DNA of 64,000 nt from Thermodesulfobacteriota bacterium. GTDB taxonomy: Bacteria > Desulfobacterota > Desulfobacteria > Desulfobacterales > SURF-7. The DNA is taken from contig JBMORA010000028.1 in the NCBI GenBank assembly GCA_049320885.1, positions 65,306 through 129,305 of the forward strand, in the 5' to 3' direction. The position numbers and the translations under genes were made by a program. Under the pieces are notes generated by a model that searched no databases, was not told where the DNA came from, and saw only the letters and a program-made list of their open reading frames with translations. Of this stretch, positions 50,652 to 59,876 are shown one piece after another; position 1 is the first letter of the stretch, and the number at the start of each line of letters is the position of its first letter.

Positions 50652-50911
50652 GCGCCACCATTTTCGCGTTTCCTGCCACCGGCAGGGTTTTCATATCTCC
50701 GCGCCTATCAAATCAATAATCAACGATATCAGTTCATTGTAAAGCAGAAACTACTTTATGGAAAGATCGGTGTCAAGTTATTCTTTACAACAAGCCGATA
50801 TCCAGATGTCTTCATGCAATAAACAGATAATGAGATGGTGACTGCGGGACAATCCGAAATCCCCTGCCCTTCAATATCGGATTGACTTTCCAACCCAATC
50901 TTTACCATAGT

Positions 50912-51034
50912 AGAAAGGAATGGGAAACCATCGACCTGGTCATCCTGGATCTGACCATGCCCCGTCTCGACGGCCGGGAGACCTTCAATGCCTTGCGGCG
51001 GCAGAAGCACGGGAAACGCCCCTATTCCGAATGA
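50912..51034 (+). pseudogene. Fragment of a response-regulator receiver domain
   Basis: Translates to ETIDLVILDLTMPRLDGRETFNALRR then stops; N-terminal acidic pocket and C-terminal KP are absent. Confidence 0.65.
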
Positions 51035-51053
51035 CATGTCCCCGCGGCCGGAC

Positions 51054-51437
51054 TCATCCGGCCGTTTTCGCGGAAAAGATGTTGCGGATCATTTGGATTA
51101 CGGCGGATGCCGGGTTGATGAATTCGCAGCCGAGGCAGGCGTGCTGCATTTCCGGATTATGCAGCAGCCATCGCACTTCCATCCGGATTCCGATCAAAAA
51201 CGACAGATCCGTCCCGCCTTCAATCGTCACCAGCCGGATCTCTTCCCTCTCGGCTACTGTTTGAAGTGCGTTTCTGGCCATGGCCAACCCCAGGCCGCCT
51301 TCGCTCAGGTTCAGTATCGTCACCGGAATGGGGTCGGCATCGGGATGCTCGCATTTCATGATCCGAGCGGTGACCGCCTCCTTGGTGGAAAACAACAACC
51401 GCTGGGACTGTCTGCTTTCCGAATGAGTCTCCTGCAT
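51054..51437 (-). CDS. Stand-alone PilZ domain protein
   Basis: RQSQR (RxxxR) and NLSEGG (D/NxSxxG); EVRW; GCEF; RBS GGAGGAG. Confidence 0.8.
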   Translation of the reverse strand: MQETHSESRQSQRLLFSTKEAVTARIMKCEHPDADPIPVTILNLSEGGLGLAMARNALQTVAEREEIRLVTIEGGTDLSFLIGIRMEVRWLLHNPEMQHACLGCEFINPASAVIQMIRNIFSAKTAG

Positions 51438-51877
51438 CGCTCCTCCGTGGCGCCGCGTTTTCCGTTTCCAGGGGATACCCGACCGTTTTCATGGGGATCG
51501 CCGATGCGGCGCCTCATCAACCGTCGCCGAGGGGTTGAATCCAGGGCCGCGCGGCTACCGGATACACCCTGAAACAACATTGTGACAAACAGGCCCACCA
51601 TACCATGTCCGGTAAACGAGAGGCAAGTATCCGGATTGAGTAGAAGAGAAAATTTTTCCCCTCGGCGCGCCTCGGAAAAACCGGCTCCTGCCTTCACCAG
51701 CTGTCGTGATGGCCGGCCCGGCGGAAGTCTCCTGCTCAAAACAATAGCGAACGCTCGTTTTATGTTGACAGCCGTACCGGTTTCGCCATATGAAGACGGT
51801 ATGGGGAAAAATCAACGGGCACGAGTACCCGGTGCCCGGCAGGCAATCACTTGAACCACCGAAGAAAAGGGGAAAGC

Positions 51878-52948
51878 ATGCCGGATATATATCAGAAACT
51901 GCGGGAACGCCTGGACGGGATGTCCACCGGATTCCCTGCCACCCAGGCCGGAACCGAAATCGAACTATTAAAACAGTTGTTCACGGAAACCGAGGCGGAA
52001 ACCTACCTGGCTCTGACGCCCTTCCAGGAAACCCCGGCGGAGGCGGCGCGCCGGCTGAACCGGAACGAAGACGAGCTGGCCGCCCGGATGGAGGAAATGG
52101 CCGCAAAGGGACAACTGTTCCGGTTTCGCAAAAAGGATGCCGTGAAATACGCCATCGTGCCCTTCCTGGTGGGTATCATGGAATTCAGCATCAAACGGTT
52201 CGCCGGCAACCGCGAGCTGGCCAAAACCATGATCCGGTACGGCAAACAGGGATTTCTTCAATCCCTCCAGTCCACGAAGACACCCCATCAGCGGCCCATC
52301 CCGGTCAATCGCAGTTTGGCCGCCAAATGGCCGGTGGCACCTTACGAAGATGTGGTGGAAATCCTGAAACATCAGAAACGAATCGCCCTGGCCGATTGCG
52401 TCTGCCGTACCCTGGCCCGCACCGTCACCGACCGGAGTTGCACCAAGCCCATTCAAAATTGCATGATGTTCGGCGCGTCCGCCGACTATTATATCGAAAA
52501 CAGGCTGGGCAGGGAGATATCCGTGGACGAGGCCATTGAAATCACCCGCCAGAGTGACGAGGCCGGCCTGGTGCTTCAGCCGCTCAACGCCCAAAAGGCC
52601 GGCGCGCTGTGCAGCTGCTGCGGGGATTGCTGCGGCATGCTGCAATCGTTGAAAATGCAGCCCAACCCGGCCCGGGCGGTCCAGAGTAACTACTACGCCC
52701 GGGTGGATGCGGAAACCTGCATCGGCTGCGAACTTTGTATCGAGCGCTGCCAGATGGACGCCGTCAAACTGGTGTCGGAAAAGGCCGTCATCGATCCGGA
52801 GCGCTGCATCGGCTGCGGCCTCTGCGCCTCCAAATGTCCCTCCGGGGCCATGCAGTTGATGAAAAAAACCGAGGAAGAACTCTATCTTCCTCCGGAAACC
52901 CATATGGACATGTATATCCGCATGGGCAGGGAACGGGGAAAACTATGA
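51878..52948 (+). CDS. Multi-Cys Fe-S protein with C-terminal 2x[4Fe-4S] ferredoxin
   Basis: CVCR...C...C, CSCCGDCCG, CIGCELCIERC and CIGCGLCASKCP. Confidence 0.88.
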   Translation: MPDIYQKLRERLDGMSTGFPATQAGTEIELLKQLFTETEAETYLALTPFQETPAEAARRLNRNEDELAARMEEMAAKGQLFRFRKKDAVKYAIVPFLVGIMEFSIKRFAGNRELAKTMIRYGKQGFLQSLQSTKTPHQRPIPVNRSLAAKWPVAPYEDVVEILKHQKRIALADCVCRTLARTVTDRSCTKPIQNCMMFGASADYYIENRLGREISVDEAIEITRQSDEAGLVLQPLNAQKAGALCSCCGDCCGMLQSLKMQPNPARAVQSNYYARVDAETCIGCELCIERCQMDAVKLVSEKAVIDPERCIGCGLCASKCPSGAMQLMKKTEEELYLPPETHMDMYIRMGRERGKL

Positions 52949-54114
52949 CAACGGATGCGACCGGTTCGGCCATCCCATGGGAAAGGATTTCGGCCATGAT
53001 AACGAAACAAGATATCATCGCGGCGGCTCACCAAAACGGTTTCGCGGATGTGGGTTTCACCACGGCGGAGCCTTTCGGATCCCACCGGGAATTCCTGGAA
53101 GCCCGCCGGGAGGAATACGGCTGGGCGGAAGCTGCGGGCCTGGCCTTGTTGTCGGGCACGGATCCAAGGACCATCCTTCCCCAGGCCCGGACCATCATCG
53201 TGCTCATGGAAGTCTATTTCCGTAATGCCTATCCCCGGGTCATGGAAGGCCATTTCGGCCGGTGCTATCTGGACGACGACCGGGTCACCAGGGACGGTCT
53301 GAGCAGGCGGATCAAGGCCTTTCGCGATTTCCTCCGGAACAACGGCATTGAGTCCAAAGTGCCCTTCAACCTGCCCCATCGCATGGCCGCGGCCCGGGCC
53401 GGCATGGGGACCTTCGGCAAGAATTGCCTGTTCTATTCCGGCAGGGTCGCCCGCCAAAGCTCCTGGGTGCTGCCCATCGCCGTGGTCATCGACCGGGAAT
53501 TCGAAGCGGACGAATCCACCGTCCAAATGGGCTGCCCCGACTGGTGCCGCAATGCCTGTATCGCCGCCTGTCCAACGAAAGCCCTGAAAGGCAACGGCAC
53601 CATTGATCCGCGGAAATGCATTTCCTACCTTTCCTACTTCGGCGACGGGCTGACCCCGAGGGAACTGCGGGAACCCATGGGTACCTATGTGTATGGCTGC
53701 GACCGCTGCCAGAATGTCTGCCCGCGAAACGCCGGATGGCTGGCCGCGGATCTGCCCATGAATACGAAGGTGTTGGAAAAGCAGGCGGATTTCGATCTCG
53801 TGAAACTGCTGCACATGGACAAGGCCTATTTCGAGACGCGCATCTGGCCCCATATGTTCTACATGTCTGCGGAAGATCTCTGGCGCTGGAAAATGAATGC
53901 CGCCAGGGCCATGGGGAATACCCGGGATCCGATGTTCGTGTCACCGCTGAAGCAGGTTTTCGAAACCGAAGCGGACGAACGTGTGCTGGCCATGGCGGCC
54001 TGGGCCCTGGGACGCATCGGCGGTCGGGAAGCCCGCTACGCCCTCCTGGCCCTGGGGGCCGGCCGGACGGGTCCGGTGCAGGAGGAAATCACCGTCGCAA
54101 TTGACCAAGCATAA
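52945..54114 (+). CDS. Epoxyqueuosine reductase (QueG)/reductive-dehalogenase superfamily protein with HEAT-like tail
   Basis: AARAGMGTFGKN, CPDWCRNACIAACPT.AL, KCISY, YGCDRCQNVCP.N, WALGRIG; ATGA overlap with the upstream gene; start may be 52997. Confidence 0.8.
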   Translation: MTTDATGSAIPWERISAMITKQDIIAAAHQNGFADVGFTTAEPFGSHREFLEARREEYGWAEAAGLALLSGTDPRTILPQARTIIVLMEVYFRNAYPRVMEGHFGRCYLDDDRVTRDGLSRRIKAFRDFLRNNGIESKVPFNLPHRMAAARAGMGTFGKNCLFYSGRVARQSSWVLPIAVVIDREFEADESTVQMGCPDWCRNACIAACPTKALKGNGTIDPRKCISYLSYFGDGLTPRELREPMGTYVYGCDRCQNVCPRNAGWLAADLPMNTKVLEKQADFDLVKLLHMDKAYFETRIWPHMFYMSAEDLWRWKMNAARAMGNTRDPMFVSPLKQVFETEADERVLAMAAWALGRIGGREARYALLALGAGRTGPVQEEITVAIDQA

Positions 54115-54178
54115 TAAACGGGAACCAGCGAATAGCAGGCACGAATCTGGTATTTCCGTAAACAAAAGGAGTCCGCAC

Positions 54179-54586
54179 ATGGGAGCCGTTCATCCCACAA
54201 AGGAACAAATCAAAGCGCTTTCCGCCGCCGCTGCCGATGAACCCGTGGTCATGATCAACCTGCTGCGCTTTAAGAAAGAAGGGCCCGGCGCAGAGAAAAA
54301 CGGTAGCGATCTCTATGACCGCTACGCCGAAAACATCCTGCCGATTCTGAAAAGCATCGGCGCCCGGGTCCTGTGGGTGGGCGACGTATCCCAGGTTTTC
54401 ATCGGCGGGGATGAGGACCGTTGGGATCGCGTGCTTCTGGTGGAATATCCTTCCCGACGGAAATTCCTGGAAATGATCGCCTTGCCGGAGTACCAGCGGA
54501 TTCATCAAGACCGTGAAGCGGCACTGGAAAGCTCGGCCCTGCTGGCCGCCGCTTCCCTGTACCCTCCACCGACCCGCCTGCGGTGA
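54179..54586 (+). CDS. DUF1330 domain protein
   Basis: PVVMINLLRF, Y.RY, WD.V.LVEYPSR..F..M...EYQ....R..AL; RBS AAGGAG. Confidence 0.82.
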   Translation: MGAVHPTKEQIKALSAAAADEPVVMINLLRFKKEGPGAEKNGSDLYDRYAENILPILKSIGARVLWVGDVSQVFIGGDEDRWDRVLLVEYPSRRKFLEMIALPEYQRIHQDREAALESSALLAAASLYPPPTRLR

Positions 54587-54708
54587 CATGATTCCTTTCG
54601 TTTCAAGCTGTCTCGCCGTTTTCCATATCCGAGCATCCGGCAACGATTTCGGAATCCATACAGATCCCAGGCGAAAAATTCTAGACCAAGCCTAGCTTTT
54701 CTTCATTT

Positions 54709-55146
54709 TCAGAGTTGCATTTTCAGGCAGTTCTTGCAAATCCCGTCCACGCGCACTTCGATCTTGTCGATCCGGCCGGGAAAGGTCTTCCAAAGCGAAT
54801 CGGCATGGATGCCCAGGCTTTCCGGATTCAGACAGTTCATCTGGCCGCAGCTCTTGCAGTAGAAATGGGGATGCGGGCGGTGATGGTCGTTGGGGGCCAG
54901 GCCGTAGTAAAAGGATCTGCCGCCGGTGCTGATGCGTTCGATCACGCCGTGAAGCACCATCAGGTCCAGAATGCGGTAAACCGTCACTTTATTGATGGTG
55001 CTGCTGCGCGCCAAGGTGTTGAAAATATCCTCCGCCGACAAGGGGAAGCCGTTGTTCCCCACGACTTCCAGAACCCGCCGCCGGTTGTCCGTGACTTCCA
55101 CCTTCGCCGCCTTCAACAAGGCATCGTAATCACATTGATGACACAT
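54709..55146 (-). CDS. zur: Fur family regulator, probably Zur
   Basis: TVYRIL, HPHFYCKSCG, GICKNC; last gene of the znuACB operon. Confidence 0.8.
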   Translation of the reverse strand: MCHQCDYDALLKAAKVEVTDNRRRVLEVVGNNGFPLSAEDIFNTLARSSTINKVTVYRILDLMVLHGVIERISTGGRSFYYGLAPNDHHRPHPHFYCKSCGQMNCLNPESLGIHADSLWKTFPGRIDKIEVRVDGICKNCLKMQL

Positions 55147-55161
55147 ACCCGTCCCCGGTTG

Positions 55162-56013
55162 TCAGTTGGTTTCGCGAATCCCGGTCCCCTTGAAAGGCTT
55201 CGCTGGCCGCATGGTTGAAAAAAGGATCGACGTCAGCCGTGAAACAAAGAAAGCGACGCCCGAAACCAAGGTAATGGCGGCTCCGGAGGTGAGGTCATAT
55301 CGATACGAGAGCCAGAGACCCATGACGGTGAAGAGCGCCCCGAGCAGGCTGGAACCCGCCATCATTTGCAGCAGGGATTTGGCGTGCTGCTCGACGATGA
55401 ACGGCGGAATGGTCAAAAGAGCGATGACCAGAATCAGCCCGACGACCTGGATGACCATGACGATGGTGACCGCCAGCATGCCGATCATGGCAAAATAGAG
55501 CCGTCGGACGGGTACGCCTCGGATCCGGGCGAACTCATCATCATAGGAAAGGGCCAGGAGGTCCTTGTAATAATAACCCGCCGCCCCGGTAATGAAAAGG
55601 CCCATGACCGCCATGATCCGGAGATCCGCCTCCGGAACCGTCAGGATGCTGCCGAAGAGGTAGCTCATGAGATCCACGTTGTACCCGGGGGTCAGATCGA
55701 TCAGAATGATCCCGAAGGCCATCCCCAGAGCCCAGATGACACCGATGATGGTGTCGGCGCGATGCCTGGCTTTCAGGCTGACGGCGGCCATCACCGTGGC
55801 GGCGGCCAGGGAAAAGCCCACCGTTACGGGGAGATACGGCCAGCCGCCGTAAAAGGCAAGGCCGATGCCGCCATAGGCGGCGTGGGCAATGCCGCCGGAA
55901 AGGAACACGATCCGGTTCACCACCACCAGGGTTCCCATGATCCCGCAGATGACGCTGGCCAGCAATCCGGCCATCAGGGCATTGCGCATGAATTCAAATT
56001 GAAGGGCTTCCAT
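55162..56013 (-). CDS. znuB: Zinc ABC transporter permease
   Basis: GIAHAAYGGIG, SYLFGSIL, D.EFA.IRG, VGLILVIALLTIP. Confidence 0.88.
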   Translation of the reverse strand: MEALQFEFMRNALMAGLLASVICGIMGTLVVVNRIVFLSGGIAHAAYGGIGLAFYGGWPYLPVTVGFSLAAATVMAAVSLKARHRADTIIGVIWALGMAFGIILIDLTPGYNVDLMSYLFGSILTVPEADLRIMAVMGLFITGAAGYYYKDLLALSYDDEFARIRGVPVRRLYFAMIGMLAVTIVMVIQVVGLILVIALLTIPPFIVEQHAKSLLQMMAGSSLLGALFTVMGLWLSYRYDLTSGAAITLVSGVAFFVSRLTSILFSTMRPAKPFKGTGIRETN

Positions 56014-56020
56014 AGTCGTT

Positions 56021-56791
56021 TCACTCCCGGTGATCCCTCAGCACGCGGTGGGGCAGCCCGTGGGCCACCAATTCCACGGGACAAACCTCCGCAACCGTGC
56101 AGGGATACATGATGTCCATCATATCCCCGGTGATCTCCGCCTGATCGTGATAGTGCAGCCGCTTGTTCACGCAGGCCACCGATTTGACGTATCGCGAGAC
56201 CACCAACAGATCATGGCTGACCACCAGTATGGTGATGCTCTTGTTCAATTCCCTGAGAAGGCTGAAAAAATCAGCCTGTCCCTTTGTGTCCACGCCGGCC
56301 GTGGGTTCATCCAGCAGCAACAGCTTGGGTGACGTCACCAGTGCCCTGGCGATGAATACCCGCTGGCGCTGGCCGCCGGAAAGCTCCCCGATTTTCTTTT
56401 CCGCATGTTCCGCCATTTCCATCTGCTCGAGAGCCGCCATGGCTTCCCGGTGGTCGGAGGCCGATTTCCACGGCCGTTTGCGCCCGGGTTTCATTTTGCC
56501 CATGAGAACCACATCCATGGCCGTTATGGGGAAATCGCGGTTGCGGTGGGCGTCCTGGGGGACATATCCGATGCAGGCGGAAGCCTTCCGGGCGGATTCG
56601 CCGTTGACGCGGATCTCGCCGCTCCCGGGTTTCAGCAGCCCCAATATCAGCTTCAGCAAGGTGGTCTTGCCGCCGCCGTTGGGACCGATGACGGCGATAA
56701 AATCCCCCTGCCCTACCATCAGGGTCACGTCCTGAAGCACGGGTTCCTTGTTGTAGGCGAAGGTGACGTTCCGTAGTTCGACCAGCGACAT
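56021..56791 (-). CDS. znuC: Zinc ABC transporter ATPase
   Basis: GPNGGGKTT, IGYVPQ, LSGGQRQR, LDEP, VSHD, His/Cys tail. Confidence 0.88.
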   Translation of the reverse strand: MSLVELRNVTFAYNKEPVLQDVTLMVGQGDFIAVIGPNGGGKTTLLKLILGLLKPGSGEIRVNGESARKASACIGYVPQDAHRNRDFPITAMDVVLMGKMKPGRKRPWKSASDHREAMAALEQMEMAEHAEKKIGELSGGQRQRVFIARALVTSPKLLLLDEPTAGVDTKGQADFFSLLRELNKSITILVVSHDLLVVSRYVKSVACVNKRLHYHDQAEITGDMMDIMYPCTVAEVCPVELVAHGLPHRVLRDHRE

Positions 56792-56819
56792 GCGTGTATC
56801 CGTTTCTTCTGTTCACACC

Positions 56820-57722
56820 CTATTTCAGGGCTGTCTTGAATTGATCCGCGACCTGCCGGAGATTGGCCGCCCAATCCTCGGCCAGGGGATCGGCAAAGGC
56901 CACCTGGCCTCCGATTTCCCTGGCCACCAGAGCCGCGCTCTTGCCGGAGAATTGCGGCTGGACAAAAATGACCTTGACGCCCTTTTCCCGGGCGTGTTCG
57001 ATCAATTTTCGTAACCGGGCCGGTTTCGGGTCCTTGCCCTCCAGTTCGATGGGCATCTGCTCGAGACCGTATGCATCAGCAAAATATCCCCAGGCCGGAT
57101 GAAACACGATGAACCGCAGACCTTTTTTGCCGGCAAAAATCTGCTTCAACTCATTGTCCAGGCGGTCGATTTCGGCGACAAAGCGATCATGGTTGGCCCG
57201 ATATTCCGCTCCATGAACCGGGTCCATTTCCTCCAGGGCTTTCAGAATCGCACCGGCCTGAATCCGCACCAGCGGGGGGGAAAGCCAGATATGGGGATCC
57301 AGGCCGCCGGGTTCCGGCTCCAGGGGCTCAACCCCATGCCCGTTTCGATCTTGGTGGTCATGATCGTGGGCCGTCATGGGGAGCTTGCCGATTCCCTGAT
57401 CCGTATGGATGATTTTCATGCCCGGATTGGCGGCGGCGATTTTTTTCAGCCAGACCGTTTCAAAGGGGACGCCGACGGCGAAATAGAGTCTGGCCTTGGC
57501 AAGACCGCGCATCTGCCTTGGTTTGGGTTCATAGGCATGGGGATTCGAGCCGGGCGCCACCATGACCTGGACATCCACCAGATTTTTGCCAATTTGTTGC
57601 ACAAAATATTTTTGAGGAGCAATACTGACGAAAACAGCGACCCGCTCCCCGGCGGCTCCCGATGACCAGAAAATCATAATAGCCATTGAAAAAAAAGATA
57701 TTTTTCCAATAACCCATCCCAT
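56820..57722 (-). CDS. znuA: Zinc ABC transporter substrate-binding protein
   Basis: PHAYEP, His-rich loop HDHDHQD, DPHIWLSP, FHPAWGYFA, DPL. Confidence 0.88.
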   Translation of the reverse strand: MGWVIGKISFFSMAIMIFWSSGAAGERVAVFVSIAPQKYFVQQIGKNLVDVQVMVAPGSNPHAYEPKPRQMRGLAKARLYFAVGVPFETVWLKKIAAANPGMKIIHTDQGIGKLPMTAHDHDHQDRNGHGVEPLEPEPGGLDPHIWLSPPLVRIQAGAILKALEEMDPVHGAEYRANHDRFVAEIDRLDNELKQIFAGKKGLRFIVFHPAWGYFADAYGLEQMPIELEGKDPKPARLRKLIEHAREKGVKVIFVQPQFSGKSAALVAREIGGQVAFADPLAEDWAANLRQVADQFKTALK

Positions 57723-57872
57723 GCGAACCCTCCTCGCTTTTTTCAGCTTCGATTGTCCACGGCTTTATAGCACAACTGAATATCCAGTGCCAGCCGTAAT
57801 TGAAAAATATATTTTTATATTATAATTACAGAATATTTTATGATCATGGCCGCAATATATTCCATATTGTGA

Positions 57873-57894
57873 TAATGCAACTCCGTTGCAATTA
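57873..57894. promoter_or_regulatory. Zur-binding box in the divergent znu/tro intergenic region
   Basis: TAATGCAAC-TCC-GTTGCAATTA; matches the ATGCAAC-N3-GTTGCAT Zur consensus of delta-proteobacteria as I recall it. Confidence 0.75.
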
Positions 57895-58016
57895 CCGGCT
57901 TGCCGATTGCTGAAATATCGTCTAATAAAGGTTCACCGTCATTGACGGATTTCGCATGGGTATGAGCCACCAGTCATCGCCCGCTGCACCGAATCAATCG
58001 AACAGGGAGGCCGGTC

Positions 58017-59015
58017 ATGCGGCACCATCCGCGTCGTTCCACCTACGGTATTCCGGTTTTCATCAAGCTCGTTGCTATACTACTGCTCTCGGCGTTGTCC
58101 GTCCGGCCGGCGGAATCCGCCTACAAGGGCGAATATCCTTACAGAGCGGCGGCCACTGTCGGTATGGTGGCGGATATTGTCAAGGCGGTGGCCGGTGAAA
58201 AGGCCGAGGTGACCCAGATCATCGGCGCCGGTGTCGATCCCCACGTGTATAACCCCACCCGCGGGGATCTCGCCGTATTGCTCAGGTCCGACGCGATCTT
58301 CTATGCCGGACTGCTCCTCGAGGGCCAGATGGTGGACATCCTGGCCAAAATATCCCGCAGAAGGCCGGTGTACGCTGTAACCGAGAAAATTCCGGCAACC
58401 TATCTGATCGGCGGCGCCGGATCCGGTCATCATGACCCCCATGTCTGGATGGATGTGGGCGGCTGGCGGCATGCCGTCACCGTGGTGGCGGACGCGCTAT
58501 CCGCCTTCGATCCCGCCAACACGGCCGATTACCGGAAAAATGCCGCCGCCTATCAGGAAGAACTGGACAAGCTGGACGAATACGCCCGCCGGGTGATTTC
58601 CTCCATTCCCGCAGGGCAGCGCATCCTGGTCACGGCCCACGATGCCTTCAATTATCTGGGCCGGGCCTATGGAATCGAAGTGCTGGGAATCCAGGGGCTT
58701 TCAACGGAATCGGAGGCCGGCCTGAAGGATATCAACCGCATCGTGGATGAACTGGTGCGCCGGAAAATCCCGGCGGTATTTGTGGAAACCAGCGTTTCCG
58801 ACAAAAACGTCAAGGCCCTCCTGGAAGGTACGGCCGCCCGGGGTCACCGGGTGATCATCGGCGGGGAGCTGTTTTCCGATGCCATGGGAGCCAGGGGAAC
58901 CTACGAGGGAACCTATATCGGCATGATCGACCACAATGTCACCATCATTGCCGAAGCCCTGGGCGGCCGGGCGCCGGAAAAGGGAATGCAGGGGCGACTG
59001 ACACGAAAGCCCTAA
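58017..59015 (+). CDS. troA: Mn/Zn/Fe ABC transporter substrate-binding protein (TroA/MntA-like)
   Basis: GVDPHVY, DPHVWMD, LVTAHDAFNY.GRAYG, QGLSTESEAG, FVETSV, LFSDAMG. Confidence 0.85.
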   Translation: MRHHPRRSTYGIPVFIKLVAILLLSALSVRPAESAYKGEYPYRAAATVGMVADIVKAVAGEKAEVTQIIGAGVDPHVYNPTRGDLAVLLRSDAIFYAGLLLEGQMVDILAKISRRRPVYAVTEKIPATYLIGGAGSGHHDPHVWMDVGGWRHAVTVVADALSAFDPANTADYRKNAAAYQEELDKLDEYARRVISSIPAGQRILVTAHDAFNYLGRAYGIEVLGIQGLSTESEAGLKDINRIVDELVRRKIPAVFVETSVSDKNVKALLEGTAARGHRVIIGGELFSDAMGARGTYEGTYIGMIDHNVTIIAEALGGRAPEKGMQGRLTRKP

Positions 59016-59039
59016 CCGACAAAAATCCGGAGGTTGCCG

Positions 59040-59876
59040 ATGTTTCGCTTGTTTGAATCCAACACCGCCGATATCGACGGCATCGACGTTCATCCGTTAT
59101 GGATCAATGATCTGACCGTGGCCTATCACCGCAAACCCGTGTTGTGGGACGTGGATCTGATATTGCCGGAGGGCCGACTCATCGCCGTGGTGGGACCCAA
59201 CGGCGCGGGCAAGAGCACCCTGATCAAAGCCGTCTTGAACCTGGTGCCCAGAGCCACCGGCGATGTGCGCATCTATGGACGGCCCTATGAAAAACAACGC
59301 CGGCTGGTGGGCTATGTTCCCCAGCGGGAAAGCGTGGATTGGGATTTTCCGGTGAGCGCGGCGGATGTCGTCGCCATGGGATTCTACGGGAAAATCGGCT
59401 GGATCAGGCCGGTGTCCCGCCGCCATCGCGATCAGGCCGTGGAAGAACTGCGCAAAGTCGGCATGCAGGACTACGCCCATCGGCAGATCAGCCGGCTCTC
59501 CGGCGGACAGCAGCAGCGGGTATTCCTGGCGCGGGCCCTGGCGCAGGACGCCCGGATCTATTTTATGGACGAACCCTTTGCCGGTGTGGACGTGGCCACG
59601 GAAAAGGCCATTGTCGCCCTCCTGAAGGAGCTGAAGGACGCCGGCAAGACCTGCGTCGTCGTTCACCATGATCTCCAGACCGTGCCGACGTATTTTGACG
59701 AGGTGGTGCTGATGAACATGCGGGTGGTGGCCGCGGGCCCCACGAAGGAAGTGTTTACCGAGGACAACCTGAGAAAAACCTACGGCGGTAAACTGACGCT
59801 GCTCAGCCAAGCCCTTCATGAATATTCGCAGCAGCCGGGTGTAGGGCCAGGCGGATCAAAAGGACTGCATCAATGA
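59040..59876 (+). CDS. troB: Mn/Zn/Fe ABC transporter ATPase (TroB-like)
   Basis: [47 protein letters not shown]. Confidence 0.88.
   Translation: MFRLFESNTADIDGIDVHPLWINDLTVAYHRKPVLWDVDLILPEGRLIAVVGPNGAGKSTLIKAVLNLVPRATGDVRIYGRPYEKQRRLVGYVPQRESVDWDFPVSAADVVAMGFYGKIGWIRPVSRRHRDQAVEELRKVGMQDYAHRQISRLSGGQQQRVFLARALAQDARIYFMDEPFAGVDVATEKAIVALLKELKDAGKTCVVVHHDLQTVPTYFDEVVLMNMRVVAAGPTKEVFTEDNLRKTYGGKLTLLSQALHEYSQQPGVGPGGSKGLHQ

Noticed and set aside
50756..51264. ORFs 50756-51037 (-) and 50920-51264 (+)
   Set aside because: Better explained as shadows of the receiver-domain remnant and the PilZ gene
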